Below, one piece after another: positions 1 through 8,737 of a stretch of DNA of 64,000 nucleotides. The notes under the pieces are model-generated. The model did not search any database. It was not told where the DNA came from and saw only the letters and a list, made by a program, of their open reading frames with translations. This stretch comes from Bacteriovoracaceae bacterium (GTDB lineage: Bacteria; Bdellovibrionota; Bacteriovoracia; Bacteriovoracales; Bacteriovoracaceae). Position numbers and translations under genes: made by a program. Within the stretch, counting starts at the first letter, position 1. Every line of letters begins with the position of its first letter. The stretch lies in contig JBFGZE010000004.1 of assembly GCA_041586955.1 (NCBI GenBank), positions 1 through 64,000 of the forward strand. Reading direction: 5' to 3'.

Positions 1-441
1 CAAGAAATTTACTTGAAATGGCCAAACGATATTGTTAACCGTAATTTTGAAAAGTTGGGTGGTATCCTTCTACAGATGATTTCACCCCAACAATTAGTGG
101 TTGGGATAGGTCTTAATATCAATAACAATATTAAAAATAGCGATTCCCAAAATGGCTATCAATGGAACAGCATCCCTATTAATACTTCTAAATTCAAACA
201 ACCCAAAAAAGAGATATGTTATTACCTTTATCAATTTATTTTAAAAAACAGACTCTCTTCTGAGGAAGTTCAAAAACAATGGAACTCACTTTGCCAGCAC
301 ATCAATCAAAAGGTGACCATTTTAGACTTTGATCATAAAACTATCGGCCAATTTATGGGGATTGGAAAAAATGGTGAAGCTTTAATTAAGCAAGAGGACA
401 TTGTTAAAAAAGTTCTTACTGGCAGTCTAAGACCTTTTTAA
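1..441 (+). CDS. birA: Biotin--[acetyl-CoA-carboxylase] ligase, C-terminal part (5' truncated by window edge)
   Basis: Frame is open from base 1 (QEIYLKWPND); KWPND and KLGGIL motifs, VVGIGLNI, and a C-terminal GxFxGIxxxGxAL SH3-like segment. Confidence 0.9.
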   Translation, partial: QEIYLKWPNDIVNRNFEKLGGILLQMISPQQLVVGIGLNINNNIKNSDSQNGYQWNSIPINTSKFKQPKKEICYYLYQFILKNRLSSEEVQKQWNSLCQHINQKVTILDFDHKTIGQFMGIGKNGEALIKQEDIVKKVLTGSLRPF

Positions 442-445
442 GGAC

Positions 446-1807
446 TTAGTGCCCTTGTTCACTATCTGAAATTTTCCTGGTGATTTTCTCGATTTCTTTA
501 TTAATTAAATTTTCTGCAAGGTCAGGAATAGTTTCCCAAGCAACTTTTTCAACTGCTTCATGGCATACTTTTCTTATAATGCCCTCGATTTCAGGCATTA
601 TTTTTTGAATGATTTCATCTACACTTACCTGCTGCTGAACAAGCTCAGGGTCCTTCTGAATATGAGATCCTGGATAAGTCTCTATATCTGTTTCCAGAGA
701 GCCGGCCTTATCATTGATACCAGTGGTAACCTCGGCCTCAGATTTAGAATCAAACTCAAGTATCGGCCCTAATTCATTTTCCGACTGACTCTCCTCCTCT
801 GCTGCCCAAAACTCATCCGGAGAAACTTCATTTTCAATTTCTTCTGCAACACCAAAAATTTCGTTAGGTTCTTCAGCGACTTCTTCTGGAGAGAGTTCAA
901 ACATTTCTGAAGCTTCTATATTTTCTGAAGCCAACTCTTCTTGTTCTTCCTCTTGAATTTCAATATCGTTAAAATCAATTTCTTCTTTTTCTTCCTTTTG
1001 AGCTTCGCTATTCTCAAAACTAATCTCTTCTTCATCTACCTCTTCAACTTCACTATTCTCAAAACTAATCTCTTCTTTTTCTTCCCTTTGAGCTTCGCTA
1101 CCCTCAAAACTAACCTCTTCTTTATCTCCTTCTTGGGATTCAATAAGAGGAGGAAAAATAGCGGCTTGATCTTCCGTTTTACCAATGACTCCTGGTATTG
1201 GAATTCCCCACCCTTCTAATTCTTCGGCCAATGGATTCAGTTTTTTATCTAACTTAATGGCCTCTCGTAAGTGGTCATCTGACGAATCATTAAGGTCTGG
1301 AGAATCGACTTCCCAATCATCTGATAAGTCATCATCATCATCAAGAAGATTCAACTCTTCCTTATCAGTTTCAAATTTATCTTCACTGACTGGCCTATTC
1401 ATTTGATCAGAAATTTGTTCTTCGATATCAACCGTTTTTTCTTTAGATTCCAAAAGTGTTTGGCATTTTTTTATGAATTTACCACTTTCAAATGGTTTAA
1501 CGATTTTTTCCGTAACACCACATTCATGTAGCTCTTTCTCATCTATAGTGTCAAAAGTACCCAGCATCGCCAAAATTTGAGTTAGTGGAGATAAAGCTTT
1601 TATTTCTTTTGATAATTCAAATCCGTTTTTGTCTTCGGATAGGTTAAAATCTAAAAGAACTAAATCAAATTGCTCTTCGCTTAACTTTTGAATTAAATCT
1701 TCAGCAGAAAGTACTTCCACCAACTTATAATTACTATTGGCCAAAGTAATATTTATTACTTTCTGAATCGTTAAACTATCATCAGCAACTAAAATTTTAG
1801 AACTCAT
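446..1807 (-). CDS. romR: RomR-like response regulator (receiver + long acidic linker + conserved C-terminal helical domain)
   Basis: N-terminal receiver (ILVADDSLTIQKVI...DLVLLD...KPF), D/E-rich linker, C-terminal EAVEKVAWETIPDLAENLINKEIEKI resembling RomR-C of Myxococcota/Bdellovibrionota. Confidence 0.75.
   Translation of the reverse strand: MSSKILVADDSLTIQKVINITLANSNYKLVEVLSAEDLIQKLSEEQFDLVLLDFNLSEDKNGFELSKEIKALSPLTQILAMLGTFDTIDEKELHECGVTEKIVKPFESGKFIKKCQTLLESKEKTVDIEEQISDQMNRPVSEDKFETDKEELNLLDDDDDLSDDWEVDSPDLNDSSDDHLREAIKLDKKLNPLAEELEGWGIPIPGVIGKTEDQAAIFPPLIESQEGDKEEVSFEGSEAQREEKEEISFENSEVEEVDEEEISFENSEAQKEEKEEIDFNDIEIQEEEQEELASENIEASEMFELSPEEVAEEPNEIFGVAEEIENEVSPDEFWAAEEESQSENELGPILEFDSKSEAEVTTGINDKAGSLETDIETYPGSHIQKDPELVQQQVSVDEIIQKIMPEIEGIIRKVCHEAVEKVAWETIPDLAENLINKEIEKITRKISDSEQGH
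971..1120 (-). repeat. 45-nt (15-aa) tandem repeat, about 3.3 copies, inside the romR linker
   Basis: ctcaaaactaa recurs at 1013, 1058 and 1103; protein EEVSFEGSEAQREEK/EEISFENSEVEEVDE/EEISFENSEAQKEEK/EEIDF. Confidence 0.9.
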
Positions 1808-1884
1808 TAAATTACCTCTATGATATTTTCACCTATTCTTGTAATCTATGCAACTTTTGGATAAACCGACAAAAAGGATACACA

Positions 1885-2631
1885 TTAGGAAAATTTTAAA
1901 ATAACACCACTTTGATTATCTTTATTACCCTTCGCATTTGCCATATAAATTAACTTATCGAGACATTCTCTAAAATTGATACCGGGACGCAGCATCACAC
2001 TCATAAGCTCAGTTTCATTCAGCTTTCCATATATCCCATCACTTAAAAGCATTAAAACGTCATCTTTTTTAAGTCTCACTTCTCGTACAGAAATTTTGAT
2101 ATGTTCGAAAACGCCTAACCCACTAAGAGGTAAAGTATTTGCAATATCTTTATATTGATAATTGGAAAAATCTGAAAACGTTTGGACTTGGTTTAATAAA
2201 GAAATACTTCCATCGCGCAAAAGATAACATTTACAATTGCCTATAGAGAGAAGAGATAAAATATCGTCAGACAATGTTGCAAAAACACCAGCAACCCCAC
2301 CCTTTTCATTGCTTTTACGACTTGAATTTTCCTCTAATAGATCTTTATGAGAATGAATGAGTGCGTTTTGTATAATATTTGTGGCCAAAAGATACTGAGG
2401 GTCAAAAAGATAGGGTAAGGTTTTATCGGGATCTGTGATAAATCCGTTATAAAAATCATTTAGTTTTTTTTCGACTCTTGCGACATACTTATCTCCAATA
2501 TTGCTGCCACCAAATCCATCACATAGAAAATACAATTGATTTTCAACATCAACAACGGCCCCATCTTCATTTATGCTGAGATAAGGCCCTTTATCACTAA
2601 CCAGTGAAAACTTTTCCAATTCAACCATCAC
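1885..2631 (-). CDS. PP2C/PPM-family Ser/Thr protein phosphatase (atypical motifs)
   Basis: NEDG, LCDGFGG, LLSDGI and GNKDNQS motifs present; canonical GDSR reads GNCK; start may be the ATG at 2628. Confidence 0.85.
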   Translation of the reverse strand: MMVELEKFSLVSDKGPYLSINEDGAVVDVENQLYFLCDGFGGSNIGDKYVARVEKKLNDFYNGFITDPDKTLPYLFDPQYLLATNIIQNALIHSHKDLLEENSSRKSNEKGGVAGVFATLSDDILSLLSIGNCKCYLLRDGSISLLNQVQTFSDFSNYQYKDIANTLPLSGLGVFEHIKISVREVRLKKDDVLMLLSDGIYGKLNETELMSVMLRPGINFRECLDKLIYMANAKGNKDNQSGVILKFS

Positions 2632-4910
2632 TACTCCACATATTCTTTAAGCTTGTCAGTTGCCTTTTGATAATAATCACTATCACTTGGTGATATTTGC
2701 TGAACTTCTAAAAAGTTTTGCTTGGCCTCTTGAAAGTCACTTAACGATTCAAAGATTAAGCCTTCTCGGTAGGCCTTCCGTGATTTAATCTTGAGCTTTT
2801 CTCTTATCGCACTCATTTCATTAAGTGATTCTTCATCAGTAGGATCATGTTTTAAAACCTGCTTATAATGCTCGTAAGCTCCCTTTAAATCCTGTCCTTC
2901 TTTTAATGACCTGGCCTTGCCTTTAAGAGGGTCAACTAAATTAGAAAGACCATCTTTTGATTGTGCCAACATATCAGAAGCTTCCTTCAACAAATCTTCA
3001 TCTAATCCAGCAATCTTTACAAATTTTTCAAGATTTATAACGGCCATAAACCATTTTTTTTGTATAAACGCATTTTTACCAGGGGCCATTGCATCGACCT
3101 GCCTTTTTCGTTCAGCTTCTTTTTGTGCTTTTTCTACAGCTAATCTTTCCTGCTCTCTCTTATATGCGTCGAGTTCAAGTTTCAATTGTGGGACGTCAAA
3201 ATTTTCTGGATCTAATTCTAAAATTCTGGCAAACATGGCCTCTGCTAATTCTGATTTCTTTTCTTTCACAGCGCTTTTAGCTTTAGAGATAAGGTCTTTT
3301 ACCTTTACTTGAATTTCCCGTCTTTCCTTTTCTTCTCTTTCCTTTTGAGCAAGAATTTCAAGATTTTTCAAACCCAACTTAGCAACTGCATATAATTGTT
3401 TTGAATTTTTATACTTATCAGTTAGCCGAAAAATTTTCTCTAAAGACTGGATTGCTTCATCATATTTGCCAACTCCAATCTTGGACTTTGCTAATAAGTA
3501 CTCTGCTTCGACAAACTCGGACTCCTCTATGGTGAGTTTTTTCTCACTCGGCTTTGTTATGGGCGCAGTGACTTTTTTAGTTATGTCATTTTGAGGATTC
3601 TTTTTCCTTTTTGTTTTGGGGTCCTCTTCAAATAAGAATGATAATGCGACTAGTACAAATCCATAAATAATGATTTTCTTTCGTTGTGCAGGATCGGCCC
3701 ATGCTGTTTTTAGGGCCTCTATCGAAAATTTACTTTGAGGAGTATTATTGATTTCCGTTTCTTCAAAATCTTCTGAGACTTCGACTATTTCCTGGACCTC
3801 GCGAAATTGATTATCTGGGACTGGCATCAGGCGTTGATTTTCCTGCTTTAAAAACTCCGATGTCAGATGCACAATAAATGTTGTGCTACCAATAACAATC
3901 TCATCACCATGGCCAAGCTCAACTCTATTTACACGCTTACCGTTAACAATTGAACCGTTAGAAGAATTTTCATCTGAAAAAACACAATTTAAACTTGTTC
4001 TTTTTATGGAAGCGTGAATAGAAGAAACTTCCTCATCATTTAAAATGATCTGGCATTTAATAGGATCCCTGCCGATATAGGAGTCTCCTATTGGAACATT
4101 AAATTGGTCAAAAGGTGCAAATTGCCCATGAATTTCTAAAGTATAACTCGCAAAATTATTAATAAACTGAGTTTTGTCTTCATCGACAGCTTCTATTTCA
4201 AAGTCATCGCCCTCAAGGCCATCACTAAAGTCATTAAAGCTCTCCTCTTGTTCTTCCTCTTGTTCTTCCTCTTGTTCTTCCGCTTGCTCTTCCTGCTCCT
4301 CGGCCTCTACCTCATCTTCATAATCAAAATCATTATTATATGAATTTTCGGCAAATGATTGCTCTTCATTTTCAACCATTTCAAATTCATTATCAATCTC
4401 ACCAAGGTCTTCCTCAGGTGTGCTAGATTTAAGTTCAAAAGAATCATTTTCCTCAGTACTTTGAGAAGCATCTTCATTTATAGATTGTCGATCGAGTGGT
4501 TTACCAGCATCGTATTCAGGTACATCACCATGGGTAAGATCTGGTGTTATTGAAGGATCAGTAAAGTTGTTATCATTTGTTTTGGAGGGAATTGCCTTAA
4601 CCATATTATCAATATTAATTTTAAAGGGGCCGATATTGATGACATCCCCTCCCTCTAGGACTTTTTCCCTCATTATATTGCCATTAATTACCAAATTATC
4701 GTAATCAGATAACTTTATAATCCGCCATTGCTTGCCATCGAATTGTAGCTTGGCATGCTCCCGAGAAATTACAATGTCATCAAGAATAATATGAGAAGAT
4801 TGGGCGCGCCCAATGAATAACTCAAAGCTTGTGCCATCGTTAACATCAATCAATGATTGAAAGTCATGATTTGATACTAAATCATTCGACCTATAAACAC
4901 TTAAATTCAC
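2631..4910 (-). CDS. Double-FHA, single-TM, TPR/coiled-coil membrane protein
   Basis: FHA1 IGRAQSS..ISREHA; acidic linker; FHA2 IGRDP..VSSIHA..SSNGSIVNG; TM IIIYGFVLVALSFLF; TPR-like helices (YDEAIQSLEKIF, AYEHYKQVLKHDP). Confidence 0.85.
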   Translation of the reverse strand: MNLSVYRSNDLVSNHDFQSLIDVNDGTSFELFIGRAQSSHIILDDIVISREHAKLQFDGKQWRIIKLSDYDNLVINGNIMREKVLEGGDVINIGPFKINIDNMVKAIPSKTNDNNFTDPSITPDLTHGDVPEYDAGKPLDRQSINEDASQSTEENDSFELKSSTPEEDLGEIDNEFEMVENEEQSFAENSYNNDFDYEDEVEAEEQEEQAEEQEEEQEEEQEESFNDFSDGLEGDDFEIEAVDEDKTQFINNFASYTLEIHGQFAPFDQFNVPIGDSYIGRDPIKCQIILNDEEVSSIHASIKRTSLNCVFSDENSSNGSIVNGKRVNRVELGHGDEIVIGSTTFIVHLTSEFLKQENQRLMPVPDNQFREVQEIVEVSEDFEETEINNTPQSKFSIEALKTAWADPAQRKKIIIYGFVLVALSFLFEEDPKTKRKKNPQNDITKKVTAPITKPSEKKLTIEESEFVEAEYLLAKSKIGVGKYDEAIQSLEKIFRLTDKYKNSKQLYAVAKLGLKNLEILAQKEREEKERREIQVKVKDLISKAKSAVKEKKSELAEAMFARILELDPENFDVPQLKLELDAYKREQERLAVEKAQKEAERKRQVDAMAPGKNAFIQKKWFMAVINLEKFVKIAGLDEDLLKEASDMLAQSKDGLSNLVDPLKGKARSLKEGQDLKGAYEHYKQVLKHDPTDEESLNEMSAIREKLKIKSRKAYREGLIFESLSDFQEAKQNFLEVQQISPSDSDYYQKATDKLKEYVE
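4243..4300 (-). repeat. 12-nt tandem repeat (EEQE)n in the acidic linker between the two FHA domains
   Basis: tcctcttgttct repeated, with degenerate copies. Confidence 0.85.
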
Positions 4911-5865
4911 CTTTAACCATCCCTAATTTTTCTTCTAAAACCTCTATCCTTTTTTGAGCATCTAAATACCTCTTGTCATCTGGGTAATCACTTAAAAATG
5001 AGATAATTGAACAATAAGTAATCATCGATGATTTAAATTTTAAAGCGTCAACATCGCGAGCTGCCTTTTCAAACATGGCGACAATATGCTCATCCAGTCG
5101 CTGCTTTGTTCTTTCTAGATAAAAACTCGCGGGGCCATCACTAGGACTTAAAATTAAGGCCAAGTTAAATTGCTCAATCGCTCTAAAAAAATTCCCTTCT
5201 CTAAATTCTCTTTGCCCTCTATGAATATAAGCTTCCAATTTCTCTCGAACTTCTGGATCTAAATCTGAGTATACATCTGGCGCTGCCCCGACCATGGGGG
5301 TTGCGTTATGTTCGTTCGGTCCAATTTGACTTCTACTCTTTTTATTTTCTTTTTCACTTTCAGTTGGAAGCAACATCAATATTCCAAGAACAATACATGC
5401 GTAGAGAAGAAGTTTTTTATTTTTTTTTCTTTCTTTTCCTGGTTTGATAACGCTTAATTCATCTTCTTCATGCTCCATGACTTTGTCTTCAGGAGAAATT
5501 ATTAATTGCTTTTCAACTTTTAATATATTGTATTTATAAACAGTTTTACCGATAACAACGACATCACCATCACTCAATTGGTGCTGGGTAATTTTTAAAT
5601 CATTTACATAAACACCATTTTGGCTACCAAGATCTGTTATAAAATATTGATTCTCAACAAGAACTAACTCTGCATGCTCTCGACTCGATTTATTATCATA
5701 AACTTGAATTTCAACTTTATTACCTCTCCCTAAAACCACTCTTTTCTTGGAAAAAACATAAGATAATCCTTTGTTTTTTCCAGTCATACACAATAAACGG
5801 TGATGAGACCCTTCGGTCTCCGGCATTGCATAATTTCTAAATACCTTTACTCGCTCATTGCTCAT
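4891..5865 (-). CDS. FHA-TM-TPR membrane protein
   Basis: FHA LGRG..SSREHA..DLGSQNGVYVN; TM LLLYACIVLGILMLL; TPR GNFFRAIEQFNLALILSP. Confidence 0.85.
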   Translation of the reverse strand: MSNERVKVFRNYAMPETEGSHHRLLCMTGKNKGLSYVFSKKRVVLGRGNKVEIQVYDNKSSREHAELVLVENQYFITDLGSQNGVYVNDLKITQHQLSDGDVVVIGKTVYKYNILKVEKQLIISPEDKVMEHEEDELSVIKPGKERKKNKKLLLYACIVLGILMLLPTESEKENKKSRSQIGPNEHNATPMVGAAPDVYSDLDPEVREKLEAYIHRGQREFREGNFFRAIEQFNLALILSPSDGPASFYLERTKQRLDEHIVAMFEKAARDVDALKFKSSMITYCSIISFLSDYPDDKRYLDAQKRIEVLEEKLGMVKGEFKCL

Positions 5866-5870
5866 ACTAA

Positions 5871-7430
5871 TTATTCATCTTTTAAAAAAGTCACATAAAA
5901 TGCTTTAGCAAAACTATCTTTTCCCATTAAGGACACCACGTTTATACTATGTGGAACACCCCCTAATTCATAATGATCGAACTGGTGAGTACCATTATTA
6001 TTCGCCGAATTATCACATAGCTCTCTAACTGTTGCTGCAAAGCCCTTTTCTCTAGAGCAATCTAAGAGGTTTTCTCCCTGTGCGGTAGATTCTCTAATAC
6101 CAACCAGGTCTTCAGCTATAGAGTTTATATAAGATAAATTTTTTTCTGAATCCAAAACCATTGTTGCGATACCAGACCCTCTCATAAACTCTGCGAGTTG
6201 CATGACATAAGCATCATCCGCTTCTACTTCTTCAAACTCATCTTGCTCTTCACTACTTGCATCGCGAACTCTTTGCAAAAGAGCATTAATTGTATTTTTC
6301 AAACTCGTCATCTCGAGCATTTTATACTTAGACTCAATATTTTTTCTCTTCCCTCTTAACGATTCTTCAATTTGATAGTTTAATTCCTCAATTGGCCTCA
6401 GTGTTAAAAAGTAGGCAACTCCAAAAAATAATAAACCTATCAATGTACTGGTAATCAAAGATTGTGCAAACGCCATCCTCGTATCTGAACCCTCTACTTT
6501 TAAAGTTGCGGGCCTAAAGCGAATTGCAATGACTCCTACCGCTTCATTTCTCCCTGTTTTAGAATTAAATGCCATAATTTTCTTAGCAACACCAATTTCG
6601 TCATTGCCAAGGTAAGTTTTCAAAATAAGGTCAGGGTTGGATAATGTTTCTACCGCCCAATCACGAGAACGAATTGAAAAAGTATCTTCAATATAAGAGT
6701 TTAATTTATCAAATGGTCTGACAATTCTTCCCTCAAGGTCAAATAAACGATAAAATGAAACATCTCTTTCATCGTCCATAAACTTTGTGTCTACTTTATC
6801 TAAAACACGCTGTTCGAGGGCCCGACTATTAAGGCGACCGATCTCATCTGCAAAATGGGCAGCTCTCTTTGCCGTTTCAATCAACAGTTTTTTGTTATTT
6901 TCTTGGATGACAGGAAAAATAACTAGTGTAATCGTCACCAAACAAAAAACCGCCAAACAACAGCCGAGTAGCCCTTTCCACTCATATTCTTCATTTATCC
7001 CATGAAGGAGATTCATTAAGCGATATTTAAAGTACCAAATTATTTTTCGAGGTAATTCTTCTGGAGGTGTACCTCCTTTAAAATAAGAGTCTTGATCTTC
7101 TTCTTCAATAACAATTTTTTTCTTAACGATCACTTTACGGTCTTCAACATAGACCAATTGTAAAATACAATCCGGTATTGCGATCTTATCCCCATTCTCT
7201 ATGGTTCGCGAACTTATGGCCTTCCCATCAATAAATGTACCATTAGAGCTATTTAAATCTTTTATATAAACACTATCCTCAGATACAGTAAGAGATAAAT
7301 GTCTTTTTGATATACCCTCAATAGGAATTGATAATTCTAAATCGGCATCACGTCCGATAACATTTTCACCATTTTCGAGTTCGAATTCCTGTCCTCTCAA
7401 TTTACCTGCGATGACAACTAGTTTAAACAT
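5871..7430 (-). CDS. FHA - TM - periplasmic domain - TM - HAMP-like - PAS-like membrane protein
   Basis: FHA IGRD..ISKRH..DLNSSNGTFIDG; two hydrophobic segments; LTLRPIEEL HAMP-like start; ATMVLDSEKNLSYINSIAEDLVG PAS-like segment. Confidence 0.8.
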   Translation of the reverse strand: MFKLVVIAGKLRGQEFELENGENVIGRDADLELSIPIEGISKRHLSLTVSEDSVYIKDLNSSNGTFIDGKAISSRTIENGDKIAIPDCILQLVYVEDRKVIVKKKIVIEEEDQDSYFKGGTPPEELPRKIIWYFKYRLMNLLHGINEEYEWKGLLGCCLAVFCLVTITLVIFPVIQENNKKLLIETAKRAAHFADEIGRLNSRALEQRVLDKVDTKFMDDERDVSFYRLFDLEGRIVRPFDKLNSYIEDTFSIRSRDWAVETLSNPDLILKTYLGNDEIGVAKKIMAFNSKTGRNEAVGVIAIRFRPATLKVEGSDTRMAFAQSLITSTLIGLLFFGVAYFLTLRPIEELNYQIEESLRGKRKNIESKYKMLEMTSLKNTINALLQRVRDASSEEQDEFEEVEADDAYVMQLAEFMRGSGIATMVLDSEKNLSYINSIAEDLVGIRESTAQGENLLDCSREKGFAATVRELCDNSANNNGTHQFDHYELGGVPHSINVVSLMGKDSFAKAFYVTFLKDE

Positions 7431-7768
7431 TTCAATTCCACCTTTTCACCCATTTTAAACTTTAATTGTTTTCCTGACTCTACTTCCAAGCAACGTTTCG
7501 CCCCAAAAACAAATGGTGTTATTCTCCATGGTTTTAATCCCTCTATTGACCTTAAAAGAGTCCAATCTTTATCAAAGAAGAAAACATCCAAATCAAATGC
7601 CATAAAGGAGGTATGTACAGAATTACAATTTTCAATAATCAAACCTTCATAACCTTTCATTTTCTTTTTAAACATAAGTCCAATTAGTCGATCCCAAAAG
7701 CTAACGGCCAACTTCACATTAGCAAGTATTAATGTCCCTTCTTGAGTCGTTATATTATATAATTTCAT
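7418..7768 (-). CDS. DUF192 family protein
   Basis: AVSFWDRLIGLMF..GLIIENCNSVHTSFMAFDLDVFFFD..LKPWR..LEVESG signature. Confidence 0.85.
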   Translation of the reverse strand: MKLYNITTQEGTLILANVKLAVSFWDRLIGLMFKKKMKGYEGLIIENCNSVHTSFMAFDLDVFFFDKDWTLLRSIEGLKPWRITPFVFGAKRCLEVESGKQLKFKMGEKVELKCLN

Positions 7769-8667
7769 TGACCTATCCCCATCGCTTCAAAGGCAAGAGG
7801 TGCGACCACCGTTAAAAGAACTGCAGGTACGATAAATATCATCATTGGTATAAGAATTTTTGTTGCAGCAGTGGCCCCTTTTTTTTCAATGTCTGAACTT
7901 CTCTTCTGTCTTATTTCTACTGACAAGGCCTTAAGGATAGGACCAATCGATGCCCCGACAGAGTCAGCAGCAATTAAAGTAGCGCAAAACGAGGAAACCT
8001 GAATTAAGTTTATCCGCCAACTAAGGTTTCTCAGGGCCTCTGCTCGGCTTGCCCCAACCCGAATTTCTTTAATCATTGTTTGAAACTCTTCCGTCAGTGG
8101 ACTTGGCTTAGCTTTTTCAATCACCTTTGCCATTGCTGCAACAAAATCTAGGCCCGCCTCTACAGACAAGGCCAACATATCAATACAAAATGGCATCGCA
8201 AGGATGACCTCCTCTTGTCTTTTATCAATCTTTCCCTTGATCCAAATATCGGGATAGAAGAATCCCACCACGGCCACAATAAAAACAAAACTTAAATCCC
8301 AATCGGCAGCAGAAAACCACCTCAAAAAAAGAAACATAATGGGAAAACCTAAAATCAGGAATATTTTAAAAGAATATAATTCTTCTGGAGATAAAATGTC
8401 CTTTAGGCCAGCGTTGGCCAAAGGTCTTTTATAACGATCTCGAATTTTCTTTTTATTTTTCATTGACCCGACAATTGGGCTTACATAACGACGGAAGAAC
8501 GGACGGGAGTAGCGTAAGATTAAACCATGTTTCGCCAGTTCGGACTTACTAACACCATCATCAAGTTTATCCTGCGCCTGGAATTCGTCTTCATCCAAAA
8601 ACATTTGGATGGTTATTAAAAAAACCGAAAGGCCAAAAAGAAAAATGGAACCCCAAAAAACTAACAT
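7765..8667 (-). CDS. tadC: TadC-like Tad/type II secretion system F-family inner-membrane platform protein
   Basis: PFCIDMLALSVEAGLDF..A, PLTEEF..EIRVGASRAEAL..L, GASIGPIL, KAATKILIPM-like C-terminal TM. Confidence 0.85.
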   Translation of the reverse strand: MLVFWGSIFLFGLSVFLITIQMFLDEDEFQAQDKLDDGVSKSELAKHGLILRYSRPFFRRYVSPIVGSMKNKKKIRDRYKRPLANAGLKDILSPEELYSFKIFLILGFPIMFLFLRWFSAADWDLSFVFIVAVVGFFYPDIWIKGKIDKRQEEVILAMPFCIDMLALSVEAGLDFVAAMAKVIEKAKPSPLTEEFQTMIKEIRVGASRAEALRNLSWRINLIQVSSFCATLIAADSVGASIGPILKALSVEIRQKRSSDIEKKGATAATKILIPMMIFIVPAVLLTVVAPLAFEAMGIGQ

Positions 8668-8692
8668 AATAATTCCAATGTGTTGTCACTAG

Positions 8693-8703
8693 ATTTTACC
8701 ACA
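8693..8703 (-). promoter_or_regulatory. Extended -10 promoter (TGTGgTAAAAT) upstream of tadC
   Basis: Minus strand reads tgtggtaaaat about 25 nt before the tadC ATG. Confidence 0.5.
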
Positions 8704-8737
8704 TTGCATTAATCATTTCTTAAGGGTAACTCTTGCC

